A stretch of 64,000 bases of DNA from Bugula neritina (lineage: Eukaryota > Animalia > Bryozoa): the NCBI GenBank assembly GCA_964035545.1, contig OZ037765.1, forward strand, positions 16,430,995-16,494,994, in the 5' to 3' direction. Below the pieces are notes generated by a model. The model had not been told where the DNA came from. It made no database searches and saw only the letters and a program-made list of their open reading frames with translations. This document shows positions 1 to 17,031 of this stretch, piece by piece; within the stretch, counting starts at the first letter, position 1, and each line of letters starts with the position of its first letter. A program made the translations under genes and the position numbers.

Positions 1-1010
1 AGCCATGGTGACTGCCTAAATTGACTATATACGTGCTGTTCAACTTCAACTGGAATGTTGTAATATTTCTAGGTATCAGAAGACAGGTCGTGGCCTGATG
101 CAGTATGTATTGTGATCACCTCCCTTTACTCTCATACATGTGTTGGCTATGATCATTATCTGCTGTTGTCTATGTTATTGTGAATATAAGTTGAAAAAAT
201 CGATTGTTTATTTTGGATCGTGAAACGTTCATACCGTCGTGTCAGGTGTCTCAGAACCCAATATATGTATGTGTGGCCCTTATTTATTAGTTCACCCTTT
301 CGTTGCTGTGTTATCACATTCATCTTTTACTTTTGTTATAAAACCCCTAATTTATTTATTCATCTGTAAGATAATGAAATTTCGTTACCCATGAAAGAAG
401 TCAGGTTCTTTTGGAATGAGATGCTGTTATTTCAACCTTATTACAGTTGTTTTGTATTGTATTTCATTTATTTATGTTCAGTACACAAATGGTAAATCTT
501 ATGCCAAAGCATGTCACTATCTCTCATGCTTATCTGCAACCACTAAATTCATGAAATGAAACTAGAAATGTTGGAAAATATTACTATGCAATCTTAGTTG
601 ACATTGGAAATTTAGCTATCTCGATCACAATAGTTATACTCTATTCCAGAGTTCACATGTTGTTTTGGTACAGGAAACCAGCCTCGAGAGTTACTTTTGA
701 TCACTCAAAAACAATATTAGTGTAATATTTTGCCTACAGTGAGGTGTGAACAGCATAGCACCAACTGCACCCATTTTTATCCACCGCACTGGTGTACCAA
801 CCCTCAGAAGAGTAGGTTCAACTGGTGACCTAATTTCACAGGTCTAGTGGTAGCTCTGTGTGGTGTGGTAGCGTGCTGTACAGTCTAAATCTCACTGCAA
901 CCACAGTTATTTGCGAGTTTTATCATATTCGATTAGCATTACACTTTCTAATTTCAAAGTCATTCTATACTTCATAACTTTTTTTAAAAAATGTGTGCTG
1001 TTATTTACAG

Positions 1011-3664
1011 TAGAGGAAATGGACTAGCTGAATTAGACGGTGACACTCTCACTTGTTATGGCCCAGGATCAGTAGAAAGTCTAGACAAAAATTGGGGCAT
1101 TCAGGCTGCTGGTGCTGTCACTAATATTGTCTTCAAATTTATTGAGTATGGAGATATTGTGTCTAAAGCATTCAACAAAATACGCAGTAAATTTCCCTCA
1201 GCAAATGTAAGCTATTACAATTGTTATAAGGATATTTGATTTGCTAAATTAAAATTGAATTGGATTTTGTTATTAAACAGACTATAATATTTTGTTTTAA
1301 AAATTAATTCTTTTTTGTTTGATTTGTATTTTGTAGACTTATGAGTTTATGGCTAACAATATACATAGTTTGCAGCAAATCAATGCGCTGTCACAGATAC
1401 GCAAGATTGAGAGTCTCACTATCTGTGAAGAAGGAAACCCTGTTACACAGATTTCAGTCTGGAAACATTACACTCTCTTTAGACTTTCTCACATGTCTAT
1501 CAAGTCACTCAATGGCAAAGAGGTCTGTTATTCGAAAGGCAACTATTACTAGTGATGCAGCAGTCATGTTTGTTACAGAACAAACATGATCACTGGTATA
1601 AATCTATGCTATTCATTCCCTTATTCAACTTGCCCAGTTGAAGCATGGGAAATTCTCTTAGTAATGACTTTGGAAATGTGAAAGCGACTCCTACCCTAAA
1701 ATCTGCACATTTTGTGCAGCTATTGCTACTAACATTTTTGGTGATATCCATTGCATGTGGCAGCACATTGCATTGGAACGAGTATATCTGAGCTGACTTA
1801 GTTTTCAAAATAATGGCCAAAATAAGTGATTATAGAAATTCTCAGAGATAGAAATTTGTCATATTATTATGTTGTTGAGAACATTATTGATTATTACACA
1901 ACATCCATCGGTTATTGACCTTTTCATTACTTCATACTTTACTGATAATATTATGCAGGTTACAGCTGAAGATATTTTAATGGCTGAAAAGCTCTTTGGT
2001 GCTGTTAGTCAGAAAGCGGCTGAATATCTTCCAAATTTCAGACTTTTGTCATTACTCCCAGAAACTAGGTATTTATGAAGCTTAGATTTATACTAATTTA
2101 CTTTTTATGGGTGCTGTAACATGTTCATTTTAACAGCTTGCCAAACGCACTTATTGCACCTCACACCTGTTACATTCATGTTTTTATGTAGCTCATGCAA
2201 ATGTTGGCAATACTTCTTGCACTATTCCCTTCCCTACCTCTTCTTTGCTACATAAACTATTGTTTATTTCATGTTGATTCTGTGAAAAACTAATTTGGTT
2301 GTTGCATTTTGCTGTTCAGAAAAAAACAGGTACTTGCTGAAGAAAAAAGTAAGAATTCCAATACAATTTGTGCTCAAGAAGACAGCAAAGCCTATGGCAG
2401 TGAGAGTTCTGTTAAAGCTGTTCTCTCCTATTCTACTATTGAACAAGCACTTCAGGCACAGATTGTAAGTAGAACTGCCAGCATGTAATTAAATACCTCT
2501 ACATTTGCCAACCACTTGACATTTATTTATAAGTAGATAACCAACAGCCCTATACTTCTCTTTTCAAGATGTCTTAAAAATAGGCTTTCCGGGGAAAAAT
2601 ATTATTTCTAGAAATTATTGAAAATAGTTTGTGGTTCATTTTTAATTCATAAAATAACTGGACATGTTAGCTTGTGAATTAAATTTAAGATGGCAGTATT
2701 TGCTAATAAGACTGTAGTAAAGCTACCTGGAATGCTACCTTTATTGTGGTTGATAACTTTAAGATCCTTGAGGTGTGGCCACATTGAGACATTTTTCTGA
2801 AAACACATGGTTAATCAAGAAAGCCATCTCCAAAATGAACAAATGTCAGACACCATGAGACTGCAACATTTTTTCTGACAAAGTATGTGTATTCAAGAGG
2901 AGTAAAGGAATGTTTTGTATGCCATTTGCTAAATTATGTTTATAGTTGGTCTTGTAAAGAAATGTGCTGGTTTGCAAATAAATACCTAATATCAATTAGT
3001 CAACCAGATTATGCCAGTTTTGAAGACATCTGTTCATCAAGTCCTATTTATTTTGCAAATTATACTGCATTTAGCTTCATGCTAATTGTTCACAGGAATA
3101 TTGTCAAAATAGTATCTTTAAAGTTAGGGCAAATTACCTATTTTATTGTTGTGAATGGCCAAAACAATTCAAAAATGTGTTCTTATACAAAAAAAGTCCA
3201 GAGACTAAATTATGAATGATTTAATCAAAAATAGTTTCTATACTCTTCCATAGTTACCATGGTCATGAGCTTGATCGCTGTTATCATCAACTTTTTATAA
3301 GCTAGCTGAGCAATCGTAATACCTTTGGATTCAGTGAAAACAAGCATTGCAATATTACAGTATTTAAAGTATTCTTAGATTTTCACAAAAGCATTCAAAT
3401 ACTAAGACACTCTGCAACATGTCAATGCTCATTATTATCTTTAAAATATTTCAGGACTACACGGCCAAGAAAAGGCTTGCCAGGGAGCTGGTACAGTCTA
3501 TAGCTAAGAGTACCTCTGCAGTTGATCAAGTCACAGCTAAGCTGAACAACTCTTGGGAAAAATCCTTTACCAAACGTGTGCAGGCTATGTGCATTGAGAT
3601 GTTGAGTAGTGAAAACTATTCCAAATTGAAGATGGATAATTACCAAGTTTTAGAGCACACTTGA
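1011..3664 (+). CDS. LRRC49: Leucine-rich repeat-containing protein 49 (centriolar satellite / tubulin polyglutamylase-associated), 3' exons only
   Basis: GT-AG exons 1011-1206, 1337-1522, 1959-2068, 2320-2464 and 3455-3664 splice in frame. Peptides LAELDGDTLTCYGPGSVESLDKNWGIQAAG, SLQQINALSQIRKIESLTICEEGNPV..WKHYTLFRLSH and EVTAEDILMAEKLFG match the LRRC49 C-terminal region as I recall it. Further upstream exons (possibly 73-102, 674-721) are unresolved. Confidence 0.88.
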
Positions 3665-4871
3665 TAGTTTTGTTTTAGGATTCATCATTTTCTTATGAAT
3701 AAATTTTATTTTGAAAATTTAGCATCTTTTGACCAACCTCTGCAGACTACAATTCTCCAAAATATTCTAGATTATTTTATTGAGGTAGATAAAGTTGTTA
3801 AGAATTGATTTGGGAATGAATGATATTTATATTTTTATGTTAGAGATTGCAGATTTTTGGATTTTCTACTGAGCACATGTATTGATTGTATCCACTGTGT
3901 AACTTGGAAAGTTCATAGAATATTTATTAATAGGGATCATTTTACAGCTATATAATTTTAAAATTTCAGGTTTTTTAGTTCCAATAGTTTGTACTTATAA
4001 AGAATTGTAATTAATAATTACACTGCAAAAGCAAGACATTTTACTCTTAAAATTTAGCATGTTCAGTATTATCAAAACTATTTCTCTTACAATTTTCTAA
4101 GTTCACCGATTTACATGTTCACAAAGAATCATTTTCTACATTATGTAAAAGCATTTTTCTCAGATGCCAAATGCTTATCTAAACTGACTTGCAACTATAG
4201 GCTTGCATTTACATCTGTTATTTAGGTATGTGCTATATAAGTTATCAGAGATGATTATTGGCAATGAACATAATATTCATTTAACATTACACACAAGTCA
4301 GTTAAGGTTGCAGCTTTATTAGAATCTCTAGCTTACAGCAATAGTTATATTCATTAATGACATGAGAGTTGAACAATTATGTACAAAACATTTCAAAATA
4401 AAACTACAATGTTATATATCAAAGAGTTACATATTAAAATAAGTAATATATTATAAATGGAAGTCAAAACATAGAAAAATATTTGACACCAAGAAAAGTG
4501 TTGACTACAGACATAATAGGATATTTCAAATGGTAGTAACATTGATGTGTACATGTTAATGAATTAGCTTGTCCACCCTGTTAAAGCTACTACATATAGC
4601 TTAGTTCTAGCTAGATGGACAGGGTAGTGTTTCTACTACTACACTTTAGTTAAGGTATAAGCAACAGATAAGGGAAAAAGCTTAATGTAACACCAATAAT
4701 ATGATTGCACATAAATATTCACTCTGAAATAAACGGGGAAATTGTGTAATTAATAAAGTTGTTGGCTTAAGCAAGAGAGATATTTTCTGCAAACTTTGGA
4801 AAAAAAGTATAAAATATTATATTGGGTGAAGTAAGCCTGCTGCAATCACCACGAAACGGCGAAGTCTGCAT

Positions 4872-9191
<4,320 letters not shown>

Positions 9192-9830
9192 TTTTAATTT
9201 GCCAACAGTGCAACAGACTAAATTATCAAGGCCACTGAGTACTGACTGCCAACAAGCGATCTCGTCCAGCAAAAAGGAACTGGTTTGCAGATGGTGTCAA
9301 ATTTGTCGGCATCAAATGCGTGGAAAAAACCTAATTCGAAGTATAACAATGCCGGTATATTACACAGTGATCTTATCTAGTAGAATAGATCAGTGTGGTA
9401 TATTAAGAGTGTTGCCATTAGCAAATCTTACGGAATCATATGGGCGCCATTATGCCGAGATTGGTACCGCGAGTTTATATAAGTTATAAGGGAAAAATTT
9501 TGCCACTTTTGTTATTTTATTTTTTTTCTATTTTATGTGTAAATCTTTTTTAAGTTTTTTTATTGGTAAAGTTTTTAAACACATTTTTAATGCACATAAA
9601 ATTAAAAGAAAAATTAAAACTCAATCATGCACATAAATACAAAGCTATAAAGTTCAAGCTTCGCTGTGATTTTAATGTGAATATGAATTGAATAATGCTT
9701 GCAATAACCATTATACACAAAATACGTTACAGTTGCTATAAATGTAAGACTAGTTAATTGGATGCAAATAAGCACGGTAATACTACTTAATTTATGCTAT
9801 TTTTGAATTTTGTAGTAAATATTTGGCATG

Positions 9831-9832
9831 TA

Positions 9833-9916
<84 letters not shown>

Positions 9917-9919
9917 TAT
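9831..9919. repeat. (TA)n microsatellite, left part of the foldback spacer
   Basis: Directly visible TA run. Confidence 0.95.
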
Positions 9920-10246
9920 TGTTATATTATTATGTGTCTTTTGTTTATCACTAATTACGGACTAGCGAGATGCTACGTTATAATGTCATGTGCATTTGTT
10001 TATTAAAATACATATTGGGTCAAGGACGAACGAGAGACTACGAGATGAAAGATGTCAGCCTACAGTAGATAAACACGCCGATAGACTTTGTGATAAAATA
10101 ATTATAAATCAGTACTATACTTTTGGTCCTTGTATTTCCCCTGGCCGGCCAGACCCCACTTTATTGTTTTTCGATACTTCAATGTCATGCCTACATACTT
10201 CGAGTAACTCTCAGGTAATTATATACTCACTATACTTAATGTTTCA
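9920..10246 (+). repeat. 5' LTR
   Basis: TGTTATATT...ATGTTTCA, direct repeat of 14421-14747. Confidence 0.96.
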
Positions 10247-10256
10247 TGGTGGCAGC
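10247..10256 (+). promoter_or_regulatory. Primer binding site, probably tRNA-Leu
   Basis: TGGTGGCAGC directly after the 5' LTR, complementary to the ..GCUGCCACCA 3' end of tRNA-Leu(AAG/TAG). Confidence 0.75.
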
Positions 10257-10354
10257 TAGATCGTACTCGCACCCTGCTTTGCCACTGGAGTGGTGATTGT
10301 TTAGCTTTTAGTTGTTTGTTGTTGTGGACTGTGTTGGTCTGCCTTGGAGCTGTC

Positions 10355-13300
10355 ATGGAAGGTTTGAAGGCCCCTGGAGAATTATCATTTGAAGGTAATG
10401 TGTCAGACAATTGGAGGAAGTGGAGAAGGGCCTTGGAAAATTATTTGCTTGCAAGTGATTTGGTTTTGAAGCCTCAAGAGAGTGGCCAAGAGCCTCCTCC
10501 TGAGAATGCGGGTATTAATAGACGTCAGGTTGCTATACTTCTGAACCAGGCTGGTGAGGAAGCTACTGAGATTTATGGTCAATTTGACTTTCCCGTAGGT
10601 AAAAGCAAGGATGTTATGGCTGATGTTTTGGAGCAGTTTGAAGCCTATTGCAATCCCCGGCGTAACGTGTTGTATGAATGGTTTGTTTTTTGGTCTCTCA
10701 GTCAGAGTGATGGAGAGCCCATTGACACCTTTGTGAAACGTCTAAAAACTCAAGCTACAAAATGTGATTTTGGCGAATTGCGAGACCAAATGCTTCTCTG
10801 CAGAATTGTGTTTGGACTCACTGATGGAAAGCTGAAGGAGCGGCTACTCCGTGACAAAAACGTTAAACTTGAGAGTGCCTTAGATGACATCCGTGCTGCT
10901 GAGATTACCAAACAGCAGATGTCAAGGATGGCTGCCGGTGATACTACTATGAAGACAGTCAATGAGATAAATGATGCTGCAGTCAGCACTGTGCAGAGTC
11001 AGCCTGGCGTTACGCAAAATAAAACCAGAAGTAACACGCGTAAGGACAACATAGATTGCAAATTTTGTGGATATACACATGCCAAAGGTAGATGTCCTGC
11101 TTATGGCGAGACATGTCATAACTGCGGGAAGAAAAATCACTTTGAGAAAGTCTGCAAAGGCAAAGCTCTTGCAGCGAAACAAATGAATAGCTTGTTCATA
11201 GGTGCTGTTGGTGCTCTTTCTAATGAATCTAAATTGAAATCTTGGATTCTTCCGATGAAGGTCAGTGACAAAGGAAAGGCCAATGATATTCAGTTTAAGA
11301 TTGATACTGGAGCTGAAACAAATTGCATCAACCTAAGAACCGTTCAGTCACTTGGTGCTACTCTAAAGCCCACTTCTGTATGCCTTTACGGCTATAATAA
11401 GGCCAAGATCAAGAATGTGGGTGCAGTTCAACTCACCGTGAACCACAAGGAGCATAGCCAGAGTGTCCACTTCGAGGTGGTTGATGAGGACCTTCCTCCC
11501 ATACTTGGCCTCGAGGCTGCTGAATCTTTTGGTCTGATCCGCAGAGTTGATCAGTTGTCAACCTCGATACTTCAGGAGTTCCCTGAGGTGTTTGAAGGCG
11601 TTGGCAGACTTGATGGAGAGCACGAGATATGTGTTGACGAGAATGTGAAGCCTGTGGTTCATCATCCAAGACGTGTCCCACTCAGTATGTTAGACAAAGT
11701 GAAAAAGGAACTGGATGATATGGAGGCATCTGGAATCATATCTAAGGTTGACGTACCAACCAACTGGGTGAGTAGTATGGTATGCGTTGAAAAGAAAGAT
11801 GGGTCGGTTCGTATATGCCTAGACCCCAAGGACCTGAACAGAGCAGTGAGACGAGAACATCACAAGATACCCACATTAGAAGACATTGCCTTCAGATTCA
11901 ATGGTATGCAATACTACACCATCATGGACATGAAACATGGATACTGGCATGTAGCCTTGACCAAAGAGAGTAGTCTGCTCACAACGTTCAACACCCCATA
12001 TGGTCGCTACTGTTTTAATAGACTTCCATTTGGTCTTCACTCAAGTGCTGAAGTCTTTGAGAAGAAGGTGGAGCAAATATTTGGAGACTTGCCTGGTGTC
12101 TCAGTGTATTTTGATGACATCATTGTAGCTGGAAAGACACAACAGGAACATGATGCCAATCTGAGAAAGCTATTGGTAAAGGCCAAAGAGGCTAATGTGA
12201 AGTTTAATCGCAAGAAGATTCAGTTGAATCAGACGGAGGTACGCTATTTAGGCCATATAGTATCGAAAGATGGTCTGCGTCCTGACCCAGACAAGATAGC
12301 TGCTATTGAGGCCATGCCTGACCCAACAGACCGAGAGGGAGTACAAAGACTGATTGGTACTCTCAATTTTCTAAGAGCCTACATACCCAACATGTCAGCC
12401 TGTACTGAGCCCTTGAGAGTGCTACTGAAGAGTGATAGTCAGTGGGTGTGGTCCAAAGAACAAATGGAAAGCTTCCAGGTAATTAAACGCTTGCTTACAT
12501 CCGAACCTGTCTTGCAGTATTTTGATGTTACCAAGGATGCGCATTTACAAGTTGACGCTTCAAAGTCGGGACTTGGTGCAGTGTTACTACAGGAAGGTAA
12601 ACCTGTTGCATACGCTTCACGCAGCTTAACTGAGACTGAGTGCAACTATCCCCAAATAGATAAGGAGCTGCTAGCAGTTGTGTTCGGCTGTGAGCGCTTT
12701 CACAGCTACCTCTATGGACGTGCTGTTCACATACAGACGGATCATAAACCTCTCGTCCCGATAATGAACAAGTCGTTGCACAAGGCATCCCCAAGGCTGC
12801 AAAGACTACTTCTGCGACTACAAAGATACCGGATAGCTGAGTTCACATATGTTCCGGGCAAGTATTTATATATTGCTGACACACTATCCCGAGCCTACCT
12901 TCAGCGCGTTACAAATGATCAGTGTGATCTCGAAGGTGAAGTTGTGATGGTTCATGCCTTAGAAACCGATGATAGCACCATGAATGAGATGAGACAGTCA
13001 TATGCTGAAGACCCGACAATGGACAGTCTGAAAAAAGCACTGCAAGATGGTTGGTCATGGAGTAGACGGAGTCAGGCCCCCACAGAAATCCAACCCTACT
13101 GGAATGTTAGATCTGACATCTATGATGTGGATGGATTTCTTTACGTTGAAGAGCGGCTTATAGTTCCGAAGTCACAGAGGAAGCACATTCTAAAGTCGCT
13201 ACACATGGGCCACCTGGGCGTTGAGAAATGCAGAGAGCTTGCGAGGAAATCATTCTATTGGCCTGGGCTATCTGCTGATATACGGAATGAAGTGTCAAGT

Positions 13301-14269
13301 TGCCTCACCTGCGCTAAGTTTTCTAACCGTCAACAGAAAGAGCCGTTAATGTCTCATGAGCTGCCAAGTCTACCATGGAATAAAGTGGCTATGGATATAC
13401 TGTCCTATAAGAATAATGATTACTTGGTAGTTGTGGACTGTTACTCTCACTTCCCCGAGCTGAGATTACTCAGGAGAAAGACTGCTGAAGACGTGGTTTT
13501 GGCATTGAAATCCATATTTGCTGTACACGGGGTGCCAGTGTCTATTCTGGCGGACAACATGCCTTTCAGCAGTAGAATCATGCAGACTTTTGCATCAAGC
13601 TGGTGCTTCACCATTGTAACATCTAGTCCGCACTACCCTAAGTCCAATGGAATGGCTGAGCGTTATGTGCAAACGATGAAAGCCTTTCTAAAAAAATGTG
13701 AGGATGAAAGAGAGGATATATACAGGTCACTACTCAGATACAGGCAATCTCCGATCACTGGCTGTGCTTTCAGTCCAGCTGAGCTTCTGTTCAACAGAGC
13801 CCTAAGAAGTGATTTGCCAATCACTGCCGAGTCGCTTAAACCAGTTGTTATTGAGGCTAGCCAACAACTAATAGCCAACCAAAACTTGCAGAAGAAGTAC
13901 CATGACCGCCATGCACGGCCGTTGGCTGATCTGGAACCTGGGACTCCTGCACTAATCAGGTCAAGCACTGACAAAGAATGGTCGCCAGGAATGATTGTCG
14001 AACAGCATGTTTCCCCTAGATCCTACTTGGTTGACAACGGTCAGTCTATAGTGCGTAGGAATCGTGTTCACCTCAAACCAGATAACACACAGACCCTTGG
14101 TGTCGCTGATGCTGCTGATACTGATGTTGGAGATGCTCCTAATGAATCCCCCCACATGCCTGCCCTGCCTGCAACACCTCTCAGGAACGCGGCACCACCA
14201 CCAGAGCGTCAACCCAGAAGCAACCGTGGAGTCCTCCCCGCTAAATACAAGGACTTCCACATGGGATAA
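10355..14269 (+). CDS. Gag-Pol polyprotein (Gag with 2 zinc knuckles, aspartic protease, RT, RNase H, integrase)
   Basis: Uninterrupted ORF from ATG 10355 (MEGLKAPG). Motifs: CKFCGYTH..C and CHNCGKKNHFEKVC; IDTGAE; RLPFGL..YFDDI; VDASKSGLGA..TDHKPL; HMGHLG..CLTC; VVDCYS..ADN..SNGMAER. PR-RT-RH-IN order is that of Ty3/gypsy. Confidence 0.97.
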   Translation: MEGLKAPGELSFEGNVSDNWRKWRRALENYLLASDLVLKPQESGQEPPPENAGINRRQVAILLNQAGEEATEIYGQFDFPVGKSKDVMADVLEQFEAYCNPRRNVLYEWFVFWSLSQSDGEPIDTFVKRLKTQATKCDFGELRDQMLLCRIVFGLTDGKLKERLLRDKNVKLESALDDIRAAEITKQQMSRMAAGDTTMKTVNEINDAAVSTVQSQPGVTQNKTRSNTRKDNIDCKFCGYTHAKGRCPAYGETCHNCGKKNHFEKVCKGKALAAKQMNSLFIGAVGALSNESKLKSWILPMKVSDKGKANDIQFKIDTGAETNCINLRTVQSLGATLKPTSVCLYGYNKAKIKNVGAVQLTVNHKEHSQSVHFEVVDEDLPPILGLEAAESFGLIRRVDQLSTSILQEFPEVFEGVGRLDGEHEICVDENVKPVVHHPRRVPLSMLDKVKKELDDMEASGIISKVDVPTNWVSSMVCVEKKDGSVRICLDPKDLNRAVRREHHKIPTLEDIAFRFNGMQYYTIMDMKHGYWHVALTKESSLLTTFNTPYGRYCFNRLPFGLHSSAEVFEKKVEQIFGDLPGVSVYFDDIIVAGKTQQEHDANLRKLLVKAKEANVKFNRKKIQLNQTEVRYLGHIVSKDGLRPDPDKIAAIEAMPDPTDREGVQRLIGTLNFLRAYIPNMSACTEPLRVLLKSDSQWVWSKEQMESFQVIKRLLTSEPVLQYFDVTKDAHLQVDASKSGLGAVLLQEGKPVAYASRSLTETECNYPQIDKELLAVVFGCERFHSYLYGRAVHIQTDHKPLVPIMNKSLHKASPRLQRLLLRLQRYRIAEFTYVPGKYLYIADTLSRAYLQRVTNDQCDLEGEVVMVHALETDDSTMNEMRQSYAEDPTMDSLKKALQDGWSWSRRSQAPTEIQPYWNVRSDIYDVDGFLYVEERLIVPKSQRKHILKSLHMGHLGVEKCRELARKSFYWPGLSADIRNEVSSCLTCAKFSNRQQKEPLMSHELPSLPWNKVAMDILSYKNNDYLVVVDCYSHFPELRLLRRKTAEDVVLALKSIFAVHGVPVSILADNMPFSSRIMQTFASSWCFTIVTSSPHYPKSNGMAERYVQTMKAFLKKCEDEREDIYRSLLRYRQSPITGCAFSPAELLFNRALRSDLPITAESLKPVVIEASQQLIANQNLQKKYHDRHARPLADLEPGTPALIRSSTDKEWSPGMIVEQHVSPRSYLVDNGQSIVRRNRVHLKPDNTQTLGVADAADTDVGDAPNESPHMPALPATPLRNAAPPPERQPRSNRGVLPAKYKDFHMG

Positions 14270-14409
14270 GCTATTAGCCGTTTCCCACCCTGTACATAGT
14301 TATTTAGTTTCATTGTTAATCCCCAATCCATGTTAATCATGTATACTCGTATCATATTATTAATCTCAGCAACCTTAATCACAATGTTATAGAAGGAAGT
14401 CACCTGCTT

Positions 14410-14420
14410 AAGAAGGGAGA
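14410..14420 (+). promoter_or_regulatory. Polypurine tract
   Basis: AAGAAGGGAGA immediately before the 3' LTR. Confidence 0.85.
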
Positions 14421-14747
14421 TGTTATATTATTATGTGTCTTTTGTTTATCACTAATTACGGACTAGCGAGATGCTACGTTATAATGTCATGTGCATTTGT
14501 TTATTAAAATACATATTGGGTCAAGGACGAACGAGAGACTACGAGATGAAAGATGTCAGCCTACAGTAGATAAACACGCCGATAGACTTTGTGATAAAAT
14601 AATTATAAATCAGTACTATACTTTTGGTCCTTGTATTTCCCCTGGCCGGCCAGACCCCACTTTATTGTTTTTCGATACTTCAATGTCATGCCTACATACT
14701 TCGAGTAACTCTCAGGTAATTATATACTCACTATACTTAATGTTTCA
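14421..14747 (+). repeat. 3' LTR
   Basis: Identical to 9920-10246. Confidence 0.96.
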
Positions 14748-15464
14748 TATATATATATATATATATAATATTATTATATATATATAATATATAATATTAT
14801 TATATGTATATATATATATTATATATAATATCATTATATATATAATGTATATAATTTAATATATAATATAATAATATATTATATATGATATTATTATATA
14901 TATAATATAATATATAATATAATAATATATTATATATATTATATATGATATTATTATATATATAATATATATATATAATATATTATATAATATATTAATG
15001 CATAATATATTATTATAATATATATATATATCATATATAATATAATATATAATATAATAATATATTATACATGATATTATATATATATAATATATATATA
15101 ATATAATATATAATATAATAATATATAATATATTATTAAAAAATATATATATATTATATATAATATTATTATACTTGTATAATATATATATATAATATAA
15201 TATATAATATATAATAATATATAATATATTATTATAATATATATATATTATAAATAATATAATATAATAATATATTTTATATGATATTATATATATATAA
15301 TATATATAATATATATATAATATAATATATAATATAATAATATAATATATTATTATATTATATAATATATTATTATAATATATATATATTATATATAATA
15401 TTATTATACTTATATAATATATATATAATATAACAATATATAACATAAAAATATATAATATATT

Positions 15465-15522
<58 letters not shown>
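14748..15522. repeat. Degenerate TA/TAA low-complexity satellite, right part of the foldback spacer
   Basis: About 775 bp almost purely A/T, with recurring ATATAATATATTATTATA-type units, ending in pure (AT)n. Confidence 0.95.
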
Positions 15523-15524
<2 letters not shown>

Positions 15525-16959
15525 CATGCCGAATATTTACTACAAATTTCAAAAATAGCATAAATTAAATAGTATCACCGTGCCTATTTGCATCCAAAAT
15601 TTACTAGTCTTACATTTATAGCAACTGTAACGTATTTTGTGTAAAATGGTTATTGCAAGCATTATTCAATTCATATTCACATTGTAATCACAGCGAAGCT
15701 TAAACTTTATAGCTTTGTATTTACGTGCATGATTAAGTTTTAATTTTTTTTAAAATTTTATATGTATTGAAAATATGTTTAAAAACTTTACCAATAAACA
15801 AAACTAAAAAAAATGGACACATAATATAAAAAAAATAATAAAATCACAAAAGTGGCAAAATTGTTCCTTTATAACTTATATAAACTTGCGGTACCATTAG
15901 CGACATAATGATTTTTCATAGTTTAAAGTCAACACTCTTAATATACCACACTGGAATAGATAACCCCTAAATCGCATGAATAATATTTGAATTATTATTG
16001 TTACAATTTATATGGTGGAGCAGTGTGTATGACAGCATCTATTCAGGCCATACACACAGTTAGTTTAAGGTCATTACTTTCCAGATTCAGGCACTGCTTT
16101 ATGTTATATATAAACGGTTTCCAGGGGATAGCTCGAACAGTTTTTGCCTCACATTAATAAATTTTACATGAAAAGATAGCTTTTGCATTCCTCTTTCATA
16201 TACTTTTTTAATTTTTCAATAAAAAATTTTCTGAGAAAGTTGTTGTATAATAAGTAAAATTTTACACCCTCCATGTTCCACTGCTGTAGCACAGGGGATT
16301 CATTTTATAAAGTCTAAAAGTTAAACTTGACATTCCTTGATATGTTTTCTCTAATATACTTTCTTTGTTTTTTGAAATTCTGTTTATGCTCTTCACAATT
16401 TGGTAAAAACATACACCATTATGCAAGTTTCACTGCAATTTTCTAAATTCTTCATATGGTGGTTCTAGCTACGCTCCTGTGACTAATTATAACATCCCTA
16501 GTACGTTTGCCGCTCTGCGGCTATCACAATAACATATAGTACCCTCTCGCACAAATTGGCAATCTATTGGATTTCTGCCAATATAATGTTCCCTGTTTTA
16601 CATTAGCACTTAGCTGAATCATCTCACTATGTTACAATCTATTGACAATGCCTCAGCACAACATAATTCTTTGTTTGTTTGGCAGAGTTAATTTCAGCTA
16701 AATCACTTCACTTTGCAGTCTTGTCAGTAAAGGTCTGTCTATAGTGCAGCAGTTGTACTTCCAGTTTCTCTAATTCACATATGATTATTTTAAGTACATT
16801 GTATTCTATAAGATCAATTTAAAGTTTAGCCCAGTGTTCAGTAGCTAAGTATTATGCATGTATGTTGTCTTACTGTTGAACAAAAGTTAAAAAAAACTTT
16901 ACAATTATAGCCATATTTATTATACATGCGTAGGATTTGCATAAGTTGACAAAAAAAAT

Positions 16960-17031
16960 TGCAGCATACTAGGATTGAACCATGACCAACCAGCTTCTCG
17001 CCGACGCCTTTAACCTCTGGACCACGCAGTC
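16960..17031 (-). mobile_element. tRNA-derived SINE-like head
   Basis: Minus strand GACTGCGTGGTCCAGAGGTTAAAGGCGTCGG..GGTTCAATCCTAG has A-box-like TGGTCCAGAGG and B-box GGTTCAATCC but no complete cloverleaf. Confidence 0.5.

Larger units (their letters stand above)
9920..14747 (+). mobile_element. Full-length Ty3/gypsy LTR retrotransposon (Mag-like)
   Basis: Two 327-bp TG..CA LTRs, identical on manual comparison; PBS, PPT, a single intact gag-pol ORF and a 5-bp TSD TATAT. Confidence 0.97.
9391..15953. mobile_element. Non-autonomous foldback DNA transposon (hAT- or P-like), about 440-bp inverted arms, carrying a nested gypsy element
   Basis: Termini CAGTGTGGTATATTAAGAGTGTTG (9391) and CAACACTCTTAATATACCACACTG (ends 15953). 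Arms 9391-9830 and about 15523-15953 are imperfect reverse complements. The 8-bp TSD GAATAGAT lies at 9383-9390 and 15954-15961. Confidence 0.85.

Noticed and set aside
9990-10259. 89-aa ORF repeated at 14491-14787
   Set aside because: Chance ORF within the two identical LTRs; no protein features
10316-10354. Hydrophobic signal-peptide-like N-terminus of the gag-pol ORF
   Set aside because: Arises from a TTG start chosen by the ORF caller; the first ATG is at 10355
14856-15527. 223-aa Y/I-rich ORF
   Set aside because: Translation of a TA low-complexity satellite
16960-17031. Functional tRNA gene
   Set aside because: Acceptor and anticodon stems do not pair; kept only as SINE-like
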